This document shows, piece after piece, positions 18,534-28,311 of a stretch of 64,000 nt of DNA. Each line of letters begins with the position of its first letter. Position 1 is the first letter of the stretch. Under the pieces are notes generated by a model. That model made no database searches and was not told where the DNA came from. It saw only the letters and a program-made list of their open reading frames with translations. The stretch comes from a virus. A program made the translations under genes and the position numbers. The stretch lies in IMG/VR virus record IMGVR_UViG_3300025117_000038, positions 32,001 through 96,000 of that record, one strand, 5' to 3'.

Positions 18534-19460
18534 ATGAGTAGGAAAAACGATGCAACCTCTGTTTTTGTGGAACTAAACGAAGAAGAGGTCAAGGAATGGA
18601 CGAGAATTTTAACATCTTTTTATAATGAAAAATTTCCCGGTAGATTTAAGACCGACGAAGAGTTGAATGCCCACATTTCGGGGGTCTTGAAAATATGTCA
18701 GGTCGGTTGGAGTAGAGGACCAAAGGACATTGAAACAAGGATTAAAAGGAAAACGGGATATGGATGGGAAATTAGAGCTCCTAGAAAGCCCAAAAAAACT
18801 GAAACGGAAGAAAATATTGAAAGGCTCCAAAAAATAAAAGAAACAACCAAAATTGGGAATATAGATTTTATTGGCAATCTTGATTATGATACTGCCTTAT
18901 CAAAGAAGGAAAGGGAACAATTCAGAACAAAAATGGAAACGTATATGAGAGAGTTTGAGTTTAATGAAAGTTCTGATGTTGCTCTTTTGGAAAAATTAGT
19001 TATTGAAGAAATAGTCGCTAAACGATTATCCGTTTACCAATTAATGAATCCCCTTGATATTGATATGAGCAAACTGGCTACAGAAGCTCTTAAAAGGGTT
19101 CATGACCTTCAAAGTAAATTGGGTATTACTAGAGAACAGCGTTCCGATGAAATAAAAAGTAAAGCTGGTGACATTGCAACTTTAGCTCTTCAATTAGACA
19201 ATAAATTAAAACAGATTCACGATATAGAGAAAAAAGAACGGGAAGAAGAGGAATATTACGAAGCCGAAAAAGCCAAAAGGGACCCAGTTAATATTTTACC
19301 CGAAGAAGAAAAGATAATTGCGACACTTGGTATAAGCGAATCTGGAATAGAAGCAATCGACAAGGATTTAGATATTACCTCTCAGATAGAAAAGATGCAC
19401 TATGCATCTATGAATGTTGAAACTCCCCAGATAACGGAACACGAAGATGTTGACAGTTAA
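18534..19460 (+). CDS. putative terminase small subunit
   Basis: Directly upstream of TerL, helical, LQSKLGITREQR motif; ATG18534 has a GGAG SD. Confidence 0.55.
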   Translation: MSRKNDATSVFVELNEEEVKEWTRILTSFYNEKFPGRFKTDEELNAHISGVLKICQVGWSRGPKDIETRIKRKTGYGWEIRAPRKPKKTETEENIERLQKIKETTKIGNIDFIGNLDYDTALSKKEREQFRTKMETYMREFEFNESSDVALLEKLVIEEIVAKRLSVYQLMNPLDIDMSKLATEALKRVHDLQSKLGITREQRSDEIKSKAGDIATLALQLDNKLKQIHDIEKKEREEEEYYEAEKAKRDPVNILPEEEKIIATLGISESGIEAIDKDLDITSQIEKMHYASMNVETPQITEHEDVDS

Positions 19461-20988
19461 AGAAAAAAATAGTCTGACACAAGAAGAGAGATTAATTCAA
19501 TTCTATCGCGACCATCCCGTCGAAGCAGCCAAAGACTTACTTGGGGTTGAACTTGTCTGGTTACAAAGAGTAGCTCTAAGGAAAGCGTGGAAATCAAGAT
19601 TTTTCATGTTGCTTCTAACGAGAGGACTTGGGAAAACTTGGTTATCTGCGGTGATTGTTGTTTTGTATGGGCTTCTTTACCCAAAAACTAAAATAGGAGT
19701 GATAGCTCCAGTATTACGTCAAGCAAGTTATATGTTTGATTATATCGAGGAATTGTATAACGAATCACCTTATATAAAAGTTGCTACACGAAAATTCAGC
19801 AGGTCTTTGAATAGAGAATATATAGAGTTTAAAAATGGGTCTTATATAGAGGGACTTCCGTTAGGAGATGGGAATAGGATTAGAGGAAGGCGTTATCATT
19901 TTGTTATTATAGATGAATATTCACAAGTCCCAGAACAAATTATTATTCTTGTTATTCGCCCTATGATGAATATTAAAAGGAGAGGAATAAACAATAAACT
20001 TATTATATCTGGAACTGCCTACTATCCTTGGAATCATTATTATAAACAATATCTTATTTTTAATGTTATGTCAAGATTACGTCCCGACCTATATAGCTTT
20101 GTCGAATATGATTATGAGGATTTGCTTGTTGTAGATGACCCCCCTTATCAAATAGATATACAAAATCTTGAAATGATGAAAGCGTCTTCTACTCACGATG
20201 AATTTATGATGGAGAATAAAAACTTGTTCCCTGTTGTCAGTTCTGGATTTTTCCCCGCTAAATTAATCGATACTTGTACTCCTACATTAAAAGAGGGTTC
20301 TCCTATTGAGGAAATAGGGAGAGTAGATAAAAAATATGTTATTGGGGTTGATGCGGCCAGAGTCGAGGGTGGTGACAACTTTATTATTCAGGTGTTAAGA
20401 ATCGATGGTATGGTTAAGAGACTCGTAAAAACAGTTAAAATGAATGGAGCCTCTTACCCTGAAATGGCTGCAGCAGTTAGAAATATTTGTGTTAATTTTA
20501 ATGTTGTTAGAGTATTTTTGGATGCTCTTGGTGGAGGATTGGCTATTTATGATTTAATATCAAAACCATGGGTAGACCCTGTTACTGGAAAAATAATGCC
20601 AGCAATTTTAAATATGGATGATAAAGATACGGAGGGTCTTCCTGGTATGAGATATTTAAAGTTTATCATACAAACAATGCCTCTAAACAGTGAAATATTT
20701 CATGGGCTGAAATCAGAAATGGAACATAATAGGATGTTATTCCCAATGACAAGAAGAAGGGATAATGACCCCAATATCGAATCTATACTGGCTGAAATAA
20801 ATCAAACAAAACAAGAGCTAATGATGTTAATCGCAGAAGGAACTGGTATTTATTTTAAATTTTCGGCTCCATCTGGAAGAAAAAAAGATAGAGCAGTAGC
20901 ATTGGCTCTCGCTAATGCGGCAGCAAAAGATTATTTAAATATTACTCCTATAGTACAAAAGGGTCTTGCCTCAGGAAGGTGGATATAA
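19447..20988 (+). CDS. terL: terminase large subunit
   Basis: Walker A TRGLGKT, RGRR, Walker B VIIDE, nuclease IGVDAAR, FLDALGGG, KKDR. Confidence 0.93.
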   Translation: MLTVKEKNSLTQEERLIQFYRDHPVEAAKDLLGVELVWLQRVALRKAWKSRFFMLLLTRGLGKTWLSAVIVVLYGLLYPKTKIGVIAPVLRQASYMFDYIEELYNESPYIKVATRKFSRSLNREYIEFKNGSYIEGLPLGDGNRIRGRRYHFVIIDEYSQVPEQIIILVIRPMMNIKRRGINNKLIISGTAYYPWNHYYKQYLIFNVMSRLRPDLYSFVEYDYEDLLVVDDPPYQIDIQNLEMMKASSTHDEFMMENKNLFPVVSSGFFPAKLIDTCTPTLKEGSPIEEIGRVDKKYVIGVDAARVEGGDNFIIQVLRIDGMVKRLVKTVKMNGASYPEMAAAVRNICVNFNVVRVFLDALGGGLAIYDLISKPWVDPVTGKIMPAILNMDDKDTEGLPGMRYLKFIIQTMPLNSEIFHGLKSEMEHNRMLFPMTRRRDNDPNIESILAEINQTKQELMMLIAEGTGIYFKFSAPSGRKKDRAVALALANAAAKDYLNITPIVQKGLASGRWI

Positions 20989-22442
20989 TGATAGTAACAA
21001 AAAATGTTGGTATTTCAATTACCAGAGAATTGGCAACTGGCGTTAAAGTTCCCAATACCGTAAAGCCTCCAATGAACTTTTTGCATGATTCGAAAGATTA
21101 TGAAATGAGTTTCTCGAATGACATAAAAAGAACAATGGAGTTATGTGATAAAATATATAAGCATGAAGCAATCATAGGCAATGCTGTCGATATTCTCGTT
21201 GAATTCGCAACCACAAAACTGTGGGCAGAAGATACCGGGAACGAAGAGTTAAATAAAATTCTGAACTTTTTCAATAACAATGTTAATGATGGATTAACCG
21301 GACAATCCCCCGGAATGTTTGCATTGTTCGAGAAATTATTCACCGAATATCTTGTTTTCGGTAATGTCTTTCCATACGCATATTGGCAACAGGTACAAGT
21401 AGAAGGTATAAAGAAACCGTTTTCAATACCTACATCTATTACATTATTAAATCCTCAGCATATTCAAATCCCAAGCGAATCGGTCGCTTTTGGAAATGAA
21501 GTTCTATATTTTACTCCAGATTACAATACTATGCAAGTTTTGAGGTCTGACGGAAGAAGTTATCCAGAATACATGAAATTAAAGAAGTCGTTGCCCAATA
21601 ACATGATAAGAAAATTAAAAAATCAACGAAGTGATAAATTAATGCTTGATTCAAGATTTGTCTCACATATCAAGAGAAAGGGGAGGGACTATAGTGGATG
21701 GGGAATCCCATTTATTTTAAGAACCTTTACGGCTTTATCGATTATTAAAAAAATAAGAAAACTGGATGAATCAACAATAGAAGGTTTAATGAATTTACTT
21801 GTTTTGTTTAAGGTCGGAACTGACGAATTCCCGGCAAGTCCTGAGCGCGTAGCCGCTTTAGCTTCTCTATTATCCGAACAAAAGGCCTCAACTCAGTTGG
21901 TTTGGGCGCACGATTTAGATGTTTCGACACATGGCCCCGATGGTAAGGTTCTCGCGTTTAAGGATAAATATGCCGAAGCATACACCGAACTGAAGAGAGG
22001 ACTTGGTGTCCCTCCTGGACTTTTGGGTGAACCACAGCAGGTTCGTTATGAAGATTTGCTTGCCATGACAGAGAGATTGAACACAATAAGAAGAATTGGG
22101 TTGACGTGGTTACAGCACAGTATTTATAACAAGATTGCCATACAAAATGGATTTACTGATATTATGCCGAATCCGAGAATGGCAAGAATGAATCTGTCGA
22201 ATAGTGATTCATTGAAGACTCATATAATGAACTTCTATGATAGAGGGTTAATTGACACCGACACTGCCCTAACTGAAGCTGGATATGATTACGACTCTGT
22301 TGTTGATGCTAAAAAAAGAACAAAGAAAAATGACAAACTTTTCCAACCACCACAATTACCTTGGGCTGGACAAGATAATAAACAAGGTTTCAAGAATGAC
22401 AACCCGGAGAAAACAAACAAAAGAAACTCAGATGAGGAATAG
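20988..22442 (+). CDS. portal protein
   Basis: Follows TerL, about 485 aa, EYLVFGNVF, LLNP, WGIPF, LGVPP motifs. Confidence 0.8.
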   Translation: MIVTKNVGISITRELATGVKVPNTVKPPMNFLHDSKDYEMSFSNDIKRTMELCDKIYKHEAIIGNAVDILVEFATTKLWAEDTGNEELNKILNFFNNNVNDGLTGQSPGMFALFEKLFTEYLVFGNVFPYAYWQQVQVEGIKKPFSIPTSITLLNPQHIQIPSESVAFGNEVLYFTPDYNTMQVLRSDGRSYPEYMKLKKSLPNNMIRKLKNQRSDKLMLDSRFVSHIKRKGRDYSGWGIPFILRTFTALSIIKKIRKLDESTIEGLMNLLVLFKVGTDEFPASPERVAALASLLSEQKASTQLVWAHDLDVSTHGPDGKVLAFKDKYAEAYTELKRGLGVPPGLLGEPQQVRYEDLLAMTERLNTIRRIGLTWLQHSIYNKIAIQNGFTDIMPNPRMARMNLSNSDSLKTHIMNFYDRGLIDTDTALTEAGYDYDSVVDAKKRTKKNDKLFQPPQLPWAGQDNKQGFKNDNPEKTNKRNSDEE

Positions 22443-22443
22443 T

Positions 22444-22824
22444 ATGACCCGAAAGGATACAATAAAAGAATTAGACTCTTTATGTCTAATTGATAAAGAT
22501 AACAAAAGTTTTGGTATTATGGGAAGCCATAAATTCCATGTTTTGAATAATTTATTGACATCCAAAGATTGTCAGATAATTGAAATGGTGGGGATGAATG
22601 GCGGTAAAGAAATAGACGTTGGTAAACATATTCATGAAAAAAGCACAGAAATTTTTTATCAATTATCTGGGACAACCTACTTTCACGATGGAACACATAT
22701 AAAAGAGGGAGAAATAAAGTTAATATCTCCAAATGAACAACATAATTTACATATTCAAGGAAATGGTTCTGTTGTTATTATTATCCATCCGGTAGATGAA
22801 AAATTAAGATTATTAACTTCATAA
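22444..22824 (+). CDS. cupin-domain protein
   Basis: HIHEKSTEIFYQLSG and GEIKLISPNEQH (cupin motifs 1 and 2). Confidence 0.75.
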   Translation: MTRKDTIKELDSLCLIDKDNKSFGIMGSHKFHVLNNLLTSKDCQIIEMVGMNGGKEIDVGKHIHEKSTEIFYQLSGTTYFHDGTHIKEGEIKLISPNEQHNLHIQGNGSVVIIIHPVDEKLRLLTS

Positions 22825-22833
22825 GGGGGTGAA

Positions 22834-23151
22834 ATGGGTGATGATTTAAAGGAGTTGAGTGCTAAATGTTCTGAACTGTCCTCAATTTGTAGTGATATGA
22901 AAGCACAACTAAGAATGCTTAATCCTGCCGATTTAATAGAATTTAAAGGTAAAATTGTTAATGCTCTTGCCCATTTTGATAGTGATTTAGCTTCTTTGGA
23001 GAAAAGAATGACAAAGAATGAAACCGAGATAGCAAGCAACAAAGAGAGTATTGCTATTTTAAAAGCTAAAATTGGAATAGTTGGATTTATTTCTGGGTTA
23101 TTTGCCGGAGGAATAATTAACGCAATTTTATATTTAATATTTAGGGTGTAA
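22834..23151 (+). CDS. coiled-coil protein with C-terminal TM (XhlA/holin-like)
   Basis: Heptad region followed by IGIVGFISGLFAGGIINAILYLIF. Confidence 0.5.
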   Translation: MGDDLKELSAKCSELSSICSDMKAQLRMLNPADLIEFKGKIVNALAHFDSDLASLEKRMTKNETEIASNKESIAILKAKIGIVGFISGLFAGGIINAILYLIFRV

Positions 23152-23231
23152 TTTGTTGTTATATATAGTGTTATATTAAACAAAATGATTATGTTAAAAA
23201 AAATGGGGAATATTTAATAAAAAATAAGTAT

Positions 23232-23248
23232 TTGTATTAGAGATACAA
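23232..23248 (+). promoter_or_regulatory. candidate late promoter element
   Basis: TTGTAT-TAGAG-ATACAA; related TGT-W(2-3)-TAGA motifs precede genes at 18534 and 43239. Confidence 0.35.
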
Positions 23249-23263
23249 TTTAATGGAGTAAAA

Positions 23264-23977
23264 ATGATTATAGCCGACAAAATTACCCATTTCATGGGTT
23301 CGAATGTAGAAATTTATAGTAAGCCTATTAGTGAAGCCGGAGAAGCTATTGCCAGAAAAAATCATACCGAAGATTTAATGTATCTGAAATTTGAATTATT
23401 ACATGCTAATACTAATCGCAATAAAGACGAATTTTTAAAAGATGAATTAAAAGCTGCTTATCAAACACTGGTTGACAAACCGATTAACTGGGAGCATCGC
23501 CCCAACGAAATAATCGGTCATGTTTATTCGGCTGATTATGTTGAGTATAAACCGGAGGCTGAAGCCAGTTCACCAGTAGATACTAAAACCGATGTTGTTG
23601 TTTGTGAAGGTGTTGTTTATAAATATAAAATTCCCACAAGAGCTATGGAAATCCAAAGACGTTATGCTGAGAAGAAACTTTTCTATTCCATGGAAACGTA
23701 TTTTGAAAAAGCTAAATGTTCTGAGTGTGGAAAAGAATTTGAAGATAGTATTGACTATTGTGAACACTTGACAACAAGATTCGAAAGAGGTAGTACAGCA
23801 AGGAGACAGTTAATTGGTCTATTATTCGGTGGTGCTGGTTGTGTTAAAAATCCAGCCGATGATGCAAGGGGATTAATTGTAGCTTCTCAAAGGACTAATT
23901 CAATTATATCATTAATCGATATTCTTGGTGATAGATTTACTGTTGAAGATTATTTCGAATACATTAAAAAACAATAG
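23264..23977 (+). CDS. prohead maturation protease-like protein with Zn-ribbon
   Basis: NRNKDEF, KPINWEH, IIGH, YSME, CSECG..YCEHL, GAGCVKNPAD; lies between portal and scaffold. Confidence 0.7.
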   Translation: MIIADKITHFMGSNVEIYSKPISEAGEAIARKNHTEDLMYLKFELLHANTNRNKDEFLKDELKAAYQTLVDKPINWEHRPNEIIGHVYSADYVEYKPEAEASSPVDTKTDVVVCEGVVYKYKIPTRAMEIQRRYAEKKLFYSMETYFEKAKCSECGKEFEDSIDYCEHLTTRFERGSTARRQLIGLLFGGAGCVKNPADDARGLIVASQRTNSIISLIDILGDRFTVEDYFEYIKKQ

Positions 23978-23986
23978 GGGTTTATT

Positions 23987-24811
23987 ATGATAAATAAAAT
24001 AGATGAAAAATATAGGAATGTTTTATTAAAGTATGTTTCACCAGTTGGTGAAAAACCTGTTTTTGGTGATAATATTAATGGAATTTTTTCTATAGATACG
24101 AAAGAAGCGATAACCGCTTCTATAGAAGGACTGTTAAATGATGCTAATGTTCTGAAGATTTATTCAAATACCGAAAGGTTGGAAATTTTTAGAAACATTA
24201 TAGAGGCATCTTATGATATGGGAAATGATATAACCGATATAATAAAGGAAGTTTCGAAAGGAGGCTTTACAGTGAAGGTATACACAGAAGAAGAAATGCA
24301 AGCCAAAGCCAAAGAACTTGCTGATTCTATGTTTGAGGAAAAACTGAAGAGTACGGCTAAAGAAGATACCGAATCTTTGTTTACCCAAAAACTCGATGAA
24401 GTCAAAGCTCAGGTGACGGCACTTGAAAAGAAAAATTCTGATTTAGAACAGAAGGTTGCAGATGCAGAAAAAGAAAAACAAGATATTTTAGCAGAGCAAA
24501 AAAAGCAAGAGACAATTGCCAAAAGAACTCTTGAGCTGAAAGCACTTGGTTTTGATTTCGAAGCTAATAAAGAGATGGTTGCAACCTACCTTACTTCTAA
24601 TGACGGAGACTATGAAAATTTCAAAAAGATTATAGCTAAGATTGCCGCCGATACCGCTAATGATATAAAGGCTAAAGCTGAAGCTGAGAAGGCAAAGCTT
24701 GGTAGTGATGGCGACTTGGCTGCGGCATCGACCATTGTTCCTAACAATGTTAGTGATGCAGGTGAAGGTGTTTTTGATAAAATTATGAAAGAAAAATTGA
24801 AAATAAAGTAA
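23987..24811 (+). CDS. scaffolding protein
   Basis: Long K/E/A coiled coil before capsid genes; internal SD+GTG at 24272. Confidence 0.65.
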   Translation: MINKIDEKYRNVLLKYVSPVGEKPVFGDNINGIFSIDTKEAITASIEGLLNDANVLKIYSNTERLEIFRNIIEASYDMGNDITDIIKEVSKGGFTVKVYTEEEMQAKAKELADSMFEEKLKSTAKEDTESLFTQKLDEVKAQVTALEKKNSDLEQKVADAEKEKQDILAEQKKQETIAKRTLELKALGFDFEANKEMVATYLTSNDGDYENFKKIIAKIAADTANDIKAKAEAEKAKLGSDGDLAAASTIVPNNVSDAGEGVFDKIMKEKLKIK

Positions 24812-24831
24812 CTTGAAAGGGGTGAAGATAA

Positions 24832-25509
24832 ATGTTAGAAGTAAAAGTTCCCGGTTTTAGAAATGGGTACAGTTATAAAGCTGGCGAAGCTCTATTAATG
24901 GGTACAGTTGGATATATTTCTGGTATTGATTCAAGTGGATATTTTTTAATTAAAGCTCCTAGTACATCAACAACGGCTGCTTTAACTATTTATCCGTTTA
25001 AGAAGTATACAGATGATAATGAGGGCAGTGATACTGCTTCTGCTTACGAATCTATTCCTAGTGGCTCCGGTCTTGTCGTTTTTGAGGGATTTGGAGAATA
25101 TGTAACAGATAAGTTCGTTCATACTGGTCTTGTTAATACAAGTTCAACTCAGTTGTTCCACGATTCTGCTCAGTATGCATCAATGACATCTACGGCACAT
25201 TATACTACATATGGAACAAAAATGAAATTCCTGTATCCGTGTATTACTGCTGGAAAGCTTGGATATTTAGCTGGTACATCGACCAACGCTGGATTTGCTG
25301 ACGCTGCTTATACTGGTACTCAAATAAAGCCATCATGGAATAAGAATTTTATTCTTGTTAGACCTTATTCTGGAATGTATATCAATAACTCAAAGATTGC
25401 GTTCAGAACAGTGCCGTCGTCACCAGTTTGGGGTGGAATGTATGTTAGTAGCACAAATGCTGCTAATGGTAATCCTACCTTAGAAATGTCACCATATTAT
25501 AACAGTTAA
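24832..25509 (+). CDS. head decoration / minor capsid protein
   Basis: Between scaffold and capsid; beta-rich, S/T/G-rich; AGEAL..G and GEYVTD motifs. Confidence 0.55.
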   Translation: MLEVKVPGFRNGYSYKAGEALLMGTVGYISGIDSSGYFLIKAPSTSTTAALTIYPFKKYTDDNEGSDTASAYESIPSGSGLVVFEGFGEYVTDKFVHTGLVNTSSTQLFHDSAQYASMTSTAHYTTYGTKMKFLYPCITAGKLGYLAGTSTNAGFADAAYTGTQIKPSWNKNFILVRPYSGMYINNSKIAFRTVPSSPVWGGMYVSSTNAANGNPTLEMSPYYNS

Positions 25510-25534
25510 TATTAATTTGAAGGAGGTTGTTTTA

Positions 25535-26422
25535 ATGGACATTAAAGATAGACAAGCATTGGCAAAAGCATTTGCAGAAGAAGCTGCGAGTGCTATGGAA
25601 ACTCCCGAAACAAGGGAAGCCTTTGCTACGAAGATTGTTAAATATCTTCGAATGGACGTTCAACAGCGCGACCTTGCAGAATTAATGTTGACTAAGGATT
25701 ATTTTGAACTTGGACAAACGCCGGAATATACTGAGTTTGCCGGACTGAAAGCCCACTGGCATGAGCCGGGGTCATATGCACCAAGAAGTGCCATGACTCG
25801 TAAGGTTTTTACTGTTCCGACAGACATGATAAGTGTCCATCCAGAATATGAATTAGGGCAACTTAAATCTGGTCGCTACGGAACGATTTTAGACCAAATG
25901 GATTCAGCGAGAGATGAAATCCTCGGAGCTACCAATGCTCTTGTTTTTAACACTATTAAGGGGTCGATTGTGTCTGGTGATGCTAACTATTTCGCCGCAA
26001 GTGGACAGGTTACATTAGCGGCACTTGACCAAGCTATTAGTTGGGTTAATGACCACTCTAATGGTGTTAAGGCTATTGTCGGAAGGCGTAGCAGGTTGGA
26101 TAAGATTCTTGGTTTGAATACAACCAGTGGTCCTTATTCTGATAGAATTTTGGACGAAATCATGAGAACCGGAGTTTTGTCAATTTATAAGGGTGCTCCT
26201 GTTATTGGACTACCTCAATACTACGACGGTTTCGGTCAAGCTACAATATCCCCTGACGATATTATCGTTCTTGGTGATAATGTTGGCCGTTATGTTGTAA
26301 AAGAGGAAGTTCAACAAATGAACGATATCGACATTGATACACTAAATTGGCATATGCATGTGTGGAGTAGACTCGGTTGCGCGATTTTCAAGCCCGAAAG
26401 AGCTGCACGTATTTATATGTAA
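25535..26422 (+). CDS. major capsid protein (HK97 fold)
   Basis: Strong AAGGAGG SD, about 295 aa, G..SIYKGAPVI and GCAIFKPE motifs, position, downstream hairpin. Confidence 0.8.
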   Translation: MDIKDRQALAKAFAEEAASAMETPETREAFATKIVKYLRMDVQQRDLAELMLTKDYFELGQTPEYTEFAGLKAHWHEPGSYAPRSAMTRKVFTVPTDMISVHPEYELGQLKSGRYGTILDQMDSARDEILGATNALVFNTIKGSIVSGDANYFAASGQVTLAALDQAISWVNDHSNGVKAIVGRRSRLDKILGLNTTSGPYSDRILDEIMRTGVLSIYKGAPVIGLPQYYDGFGQATISPDDIIVLGDNVGRYVVKEEVQQMNDIDIDTLNWHMHVWSRLGCAIFKPERAARIYM

Positions 26423-26429
26423 TTTTAAA

Positions 26430-26450
26430 GGGGGAATTATCCCCCATTAT
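26430..26450 (+). terminator. G/C hairpin after the capsid gene
   Basis: GGGGGA-ATTA-TCCCCC-ATTAT. Confidence 0.6.
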
Positions 26451-26465
26451 TAGGAGGAATGGAAA

Positions 26466-27086
26466 ATGGACGAGAAGAAAAGAGGAAGACCGAAAGGAAG
26501 TAAAAATAAATCAAAAGATAATCAAACATCTGTTGAAGTTACGCAACAGGAAAATAACAAGAGAATTGTCTTAAGACCAGTCAATGAAAGTGGTCGATTT
26601 ATTAATTCCGAAGGCGTTCTATATGAAGAAAAAGTTTTTTATAGCTTTAAGAATAGATTAAAAGGTGCATTTTTTTATAAGGGTGATGACGGTTCCGATA
26701 AAAAAATCGATGGACTAACAATCAGAAATGACATTACCCCAAGAGAAAGAGAAGATATTACCGGATGTCACGCATTTCAAGAAGGTTTTATAGTAGAGTG
26801 GGCTGATGATACTGTTAAGCCTACGAATTATAATGCCATGAGTGACAGGCAAATAGATGCAGTTATGAAAGAGTATGGTTTATTAGAAGATAAAGATAAA
26901 TTCAAAAACTATATTAACAGTATGACATCTATTTTTTCTCTTGAATATTTTAGGGACAAAGTAAAAGATACTTTACCGGGTTCGATTATAACATATATTG
27001 ACAGTCGCATTGGCGAATTAAGAGAAGCTGAATATGCGAAGTTAGCTGTCAACAAAAAAGAATATAAACAAGGTTTAAAAAAATAG
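26466..27086 (+). CDS. hypothetical protein with N-terminal AT-hook-like motif
   Basis: KKRGRPKGSKNK at the N-terminus; AGGAGG SD. Confidence 0.65.
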   Translation: MDEKKRGRPKGSKNKSKDNQTSVEVTQQENNKRIVLRPVNESGRFINSEGVLYEEKVFYSFKNRLKGAFFYKGDDGSDKKIDGLTIRNDITPREREDITGCHAFQEGFIVEWADDTVKPTNYNAMSDRQIDAVMKEYGLLEDKDKFKNYINSMTSIFSLEYFRDKVKDTLPGSIITYIDSRIGELREAEYAKLAVNKKEYKQGLKK

Positions 27087-27100
27087 AAAGGAGATTATAG

Positions 27101-27724
27101 ATGGCAGCTACTTGGGAAGTTACTGGTATCGCTGGAGATAGTAATACCGCTACTGCTGGGGCTGTTAGGGTTCCCATTAATGCTACGTCAGCAATTGCAT
27201 TTGGTGGTGGAACGAGGGGAACCGCATTATTAACGGCAATTCAAAAAGATGAAGTCGCGATGTCGATGCATATTTGCGATGCCGCATCAGAATCTGCTCA
27301 TGATAGATGTGCTAGTCCTCATATGCATGTAATGGCATATGCAGCAACGGCAGGATATTGCTATAATGATACCGTATACGAAGCTATTTCGGTAGCATCT
27401 CCTCCAGCAGCAAGGGGTATTGAGTTTAGATTTGGATTTGATTCAGACGTTGAAATTACAGCATGTACAATTCATGCTGGAACTGGTGCTAATGTTGATG
27501 GTATGACTGAAAATTGTGGAATTTATTTTTGTGAAAGAAGCAATAGCAGTGCAGTGTGTGGGCAAGTTACATGGAGCAGAGCTTTTTACGGAAGTGCCTT
27601 AAGTCTACATCCATTTTCAACGGCAGCAAATTCAAGAGATTGGTATGTTGGAATTTCATTAAAAGCAACCGCAGTTGGTTTTGAGTCTGATAATAAAATT
27701 AAAATTGAAGCAACTTATCAATAG
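27101..27724 (+). CDS. virion structural protein (beta-rich, A/S/T-rich)
   Basis: Strong SD, composition, position after the capsid gene. Confidence 0.55.
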   Translation: MAATWEVTGIAGDSNTATAGAVRVPINATSAIAFGGGTRGTALLTAIQKDEVAMSMHICDAASESAHDRCASPHMHVMAYAATAGYCYNDTVYEAISVASPPAARGIEFRFGFDSDVEITACTIHAGTGANVDGMTENCGIYFCERSNSSAVCGQVTWSRAFYGSALSLHPFSTAANSRDWYVGISLKATAVGFESDNKIKIEATYQ

Positions 27725-27732
27725 GTGGTAAT

Positions 27733-27933
27733 ATGGATGAAACAAAAGGCGCAAAGCCCCTTGAAATAGTTGGTTCCGTATCTGTTTCGATTATGTCAGA
27801 TGGGGTGTATTTATCATTTAGAGAAGAGCCTAAAACTGATGATGGTTGGGCGTCAACGGTTAATCTTCCATTTGCCATATATGAAAAATTTAAAGCTAAT
27901 AAAGTAAAAATAACTGTTTCGAAGGCAGAATAG
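27733..27933 (+). CDS. hypothetical protein
   Basis: AGGTGG SD, 66 aa, in operon. Confidence 0.6.
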   Translation: MDETKGAKPLEIVGSVSVSIMSDGVYLSFREEPKTDDGWASTVNLPFAIYEKFKANKVKITVSKAE

Positions 27934-27941
27934 GGGGGATA

Positions 27942-28232
27942 ATGGTTGGTTTTGTAACATTATTATCGAGTACTGATGCTCAAACAGCATTCCCTTCTGG
28001 TTCTCATATTAAAATTAATGGGATATACCCATATCGATTGGTTGGTACAGCAGAAGCAACGGCATCGTTCTATAACGCTAGTGATGGTTTGATATATTTC
28101 TATACGGCGTATCAAAACCACCCTACTATTCCTATTACATTCCCCAATGGAGTAGAAACAAATGGTTTTGTTGTTAATACCGGAACCAACATAGGATGCA
28201 CGATAGCGGTTGAATTTTTATACGCAAACTAA
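27942..28232 (+). CDS. small beta-rich structural protein
   Basis: 96 aa, ITFPNGV..NGF motif, G-run SD. Confidence 0.55.
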   Translation: MVGFVTLLSSTDAQTAFPSGSHIKINGIYPYRLVGTAEATASFYNASDGLIYFYTAYQNHPTIPITFPNGVETNGFVVNTGTNIGCTIAVEFLYAN

Positions 28233-28236
28233 AAAC

Positions 28237-28295
28237 GAGAAAGTATGCAGAAATCTCCTATTTGAACAAATGAAATATAAATAGGAGACTTTCTC
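28237..28295 (+). promoter_or_regulatory. two-stem intergenic inverted repeat
   Basis: GAGAAAG/CTTTCTC outer stem and TCTCCTATTT/AAATAGGAGA inner stem. Confidence 0.5.
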
Positions 28296-28311
28296 TTATT
28301 TGGAGGATAGG

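Noticed and set aside
28276-28283. T4-type late promoter TATAAATA
   Set aside because: Not seen in the other late intergenic regions and expected by chance in AT-rich DNA
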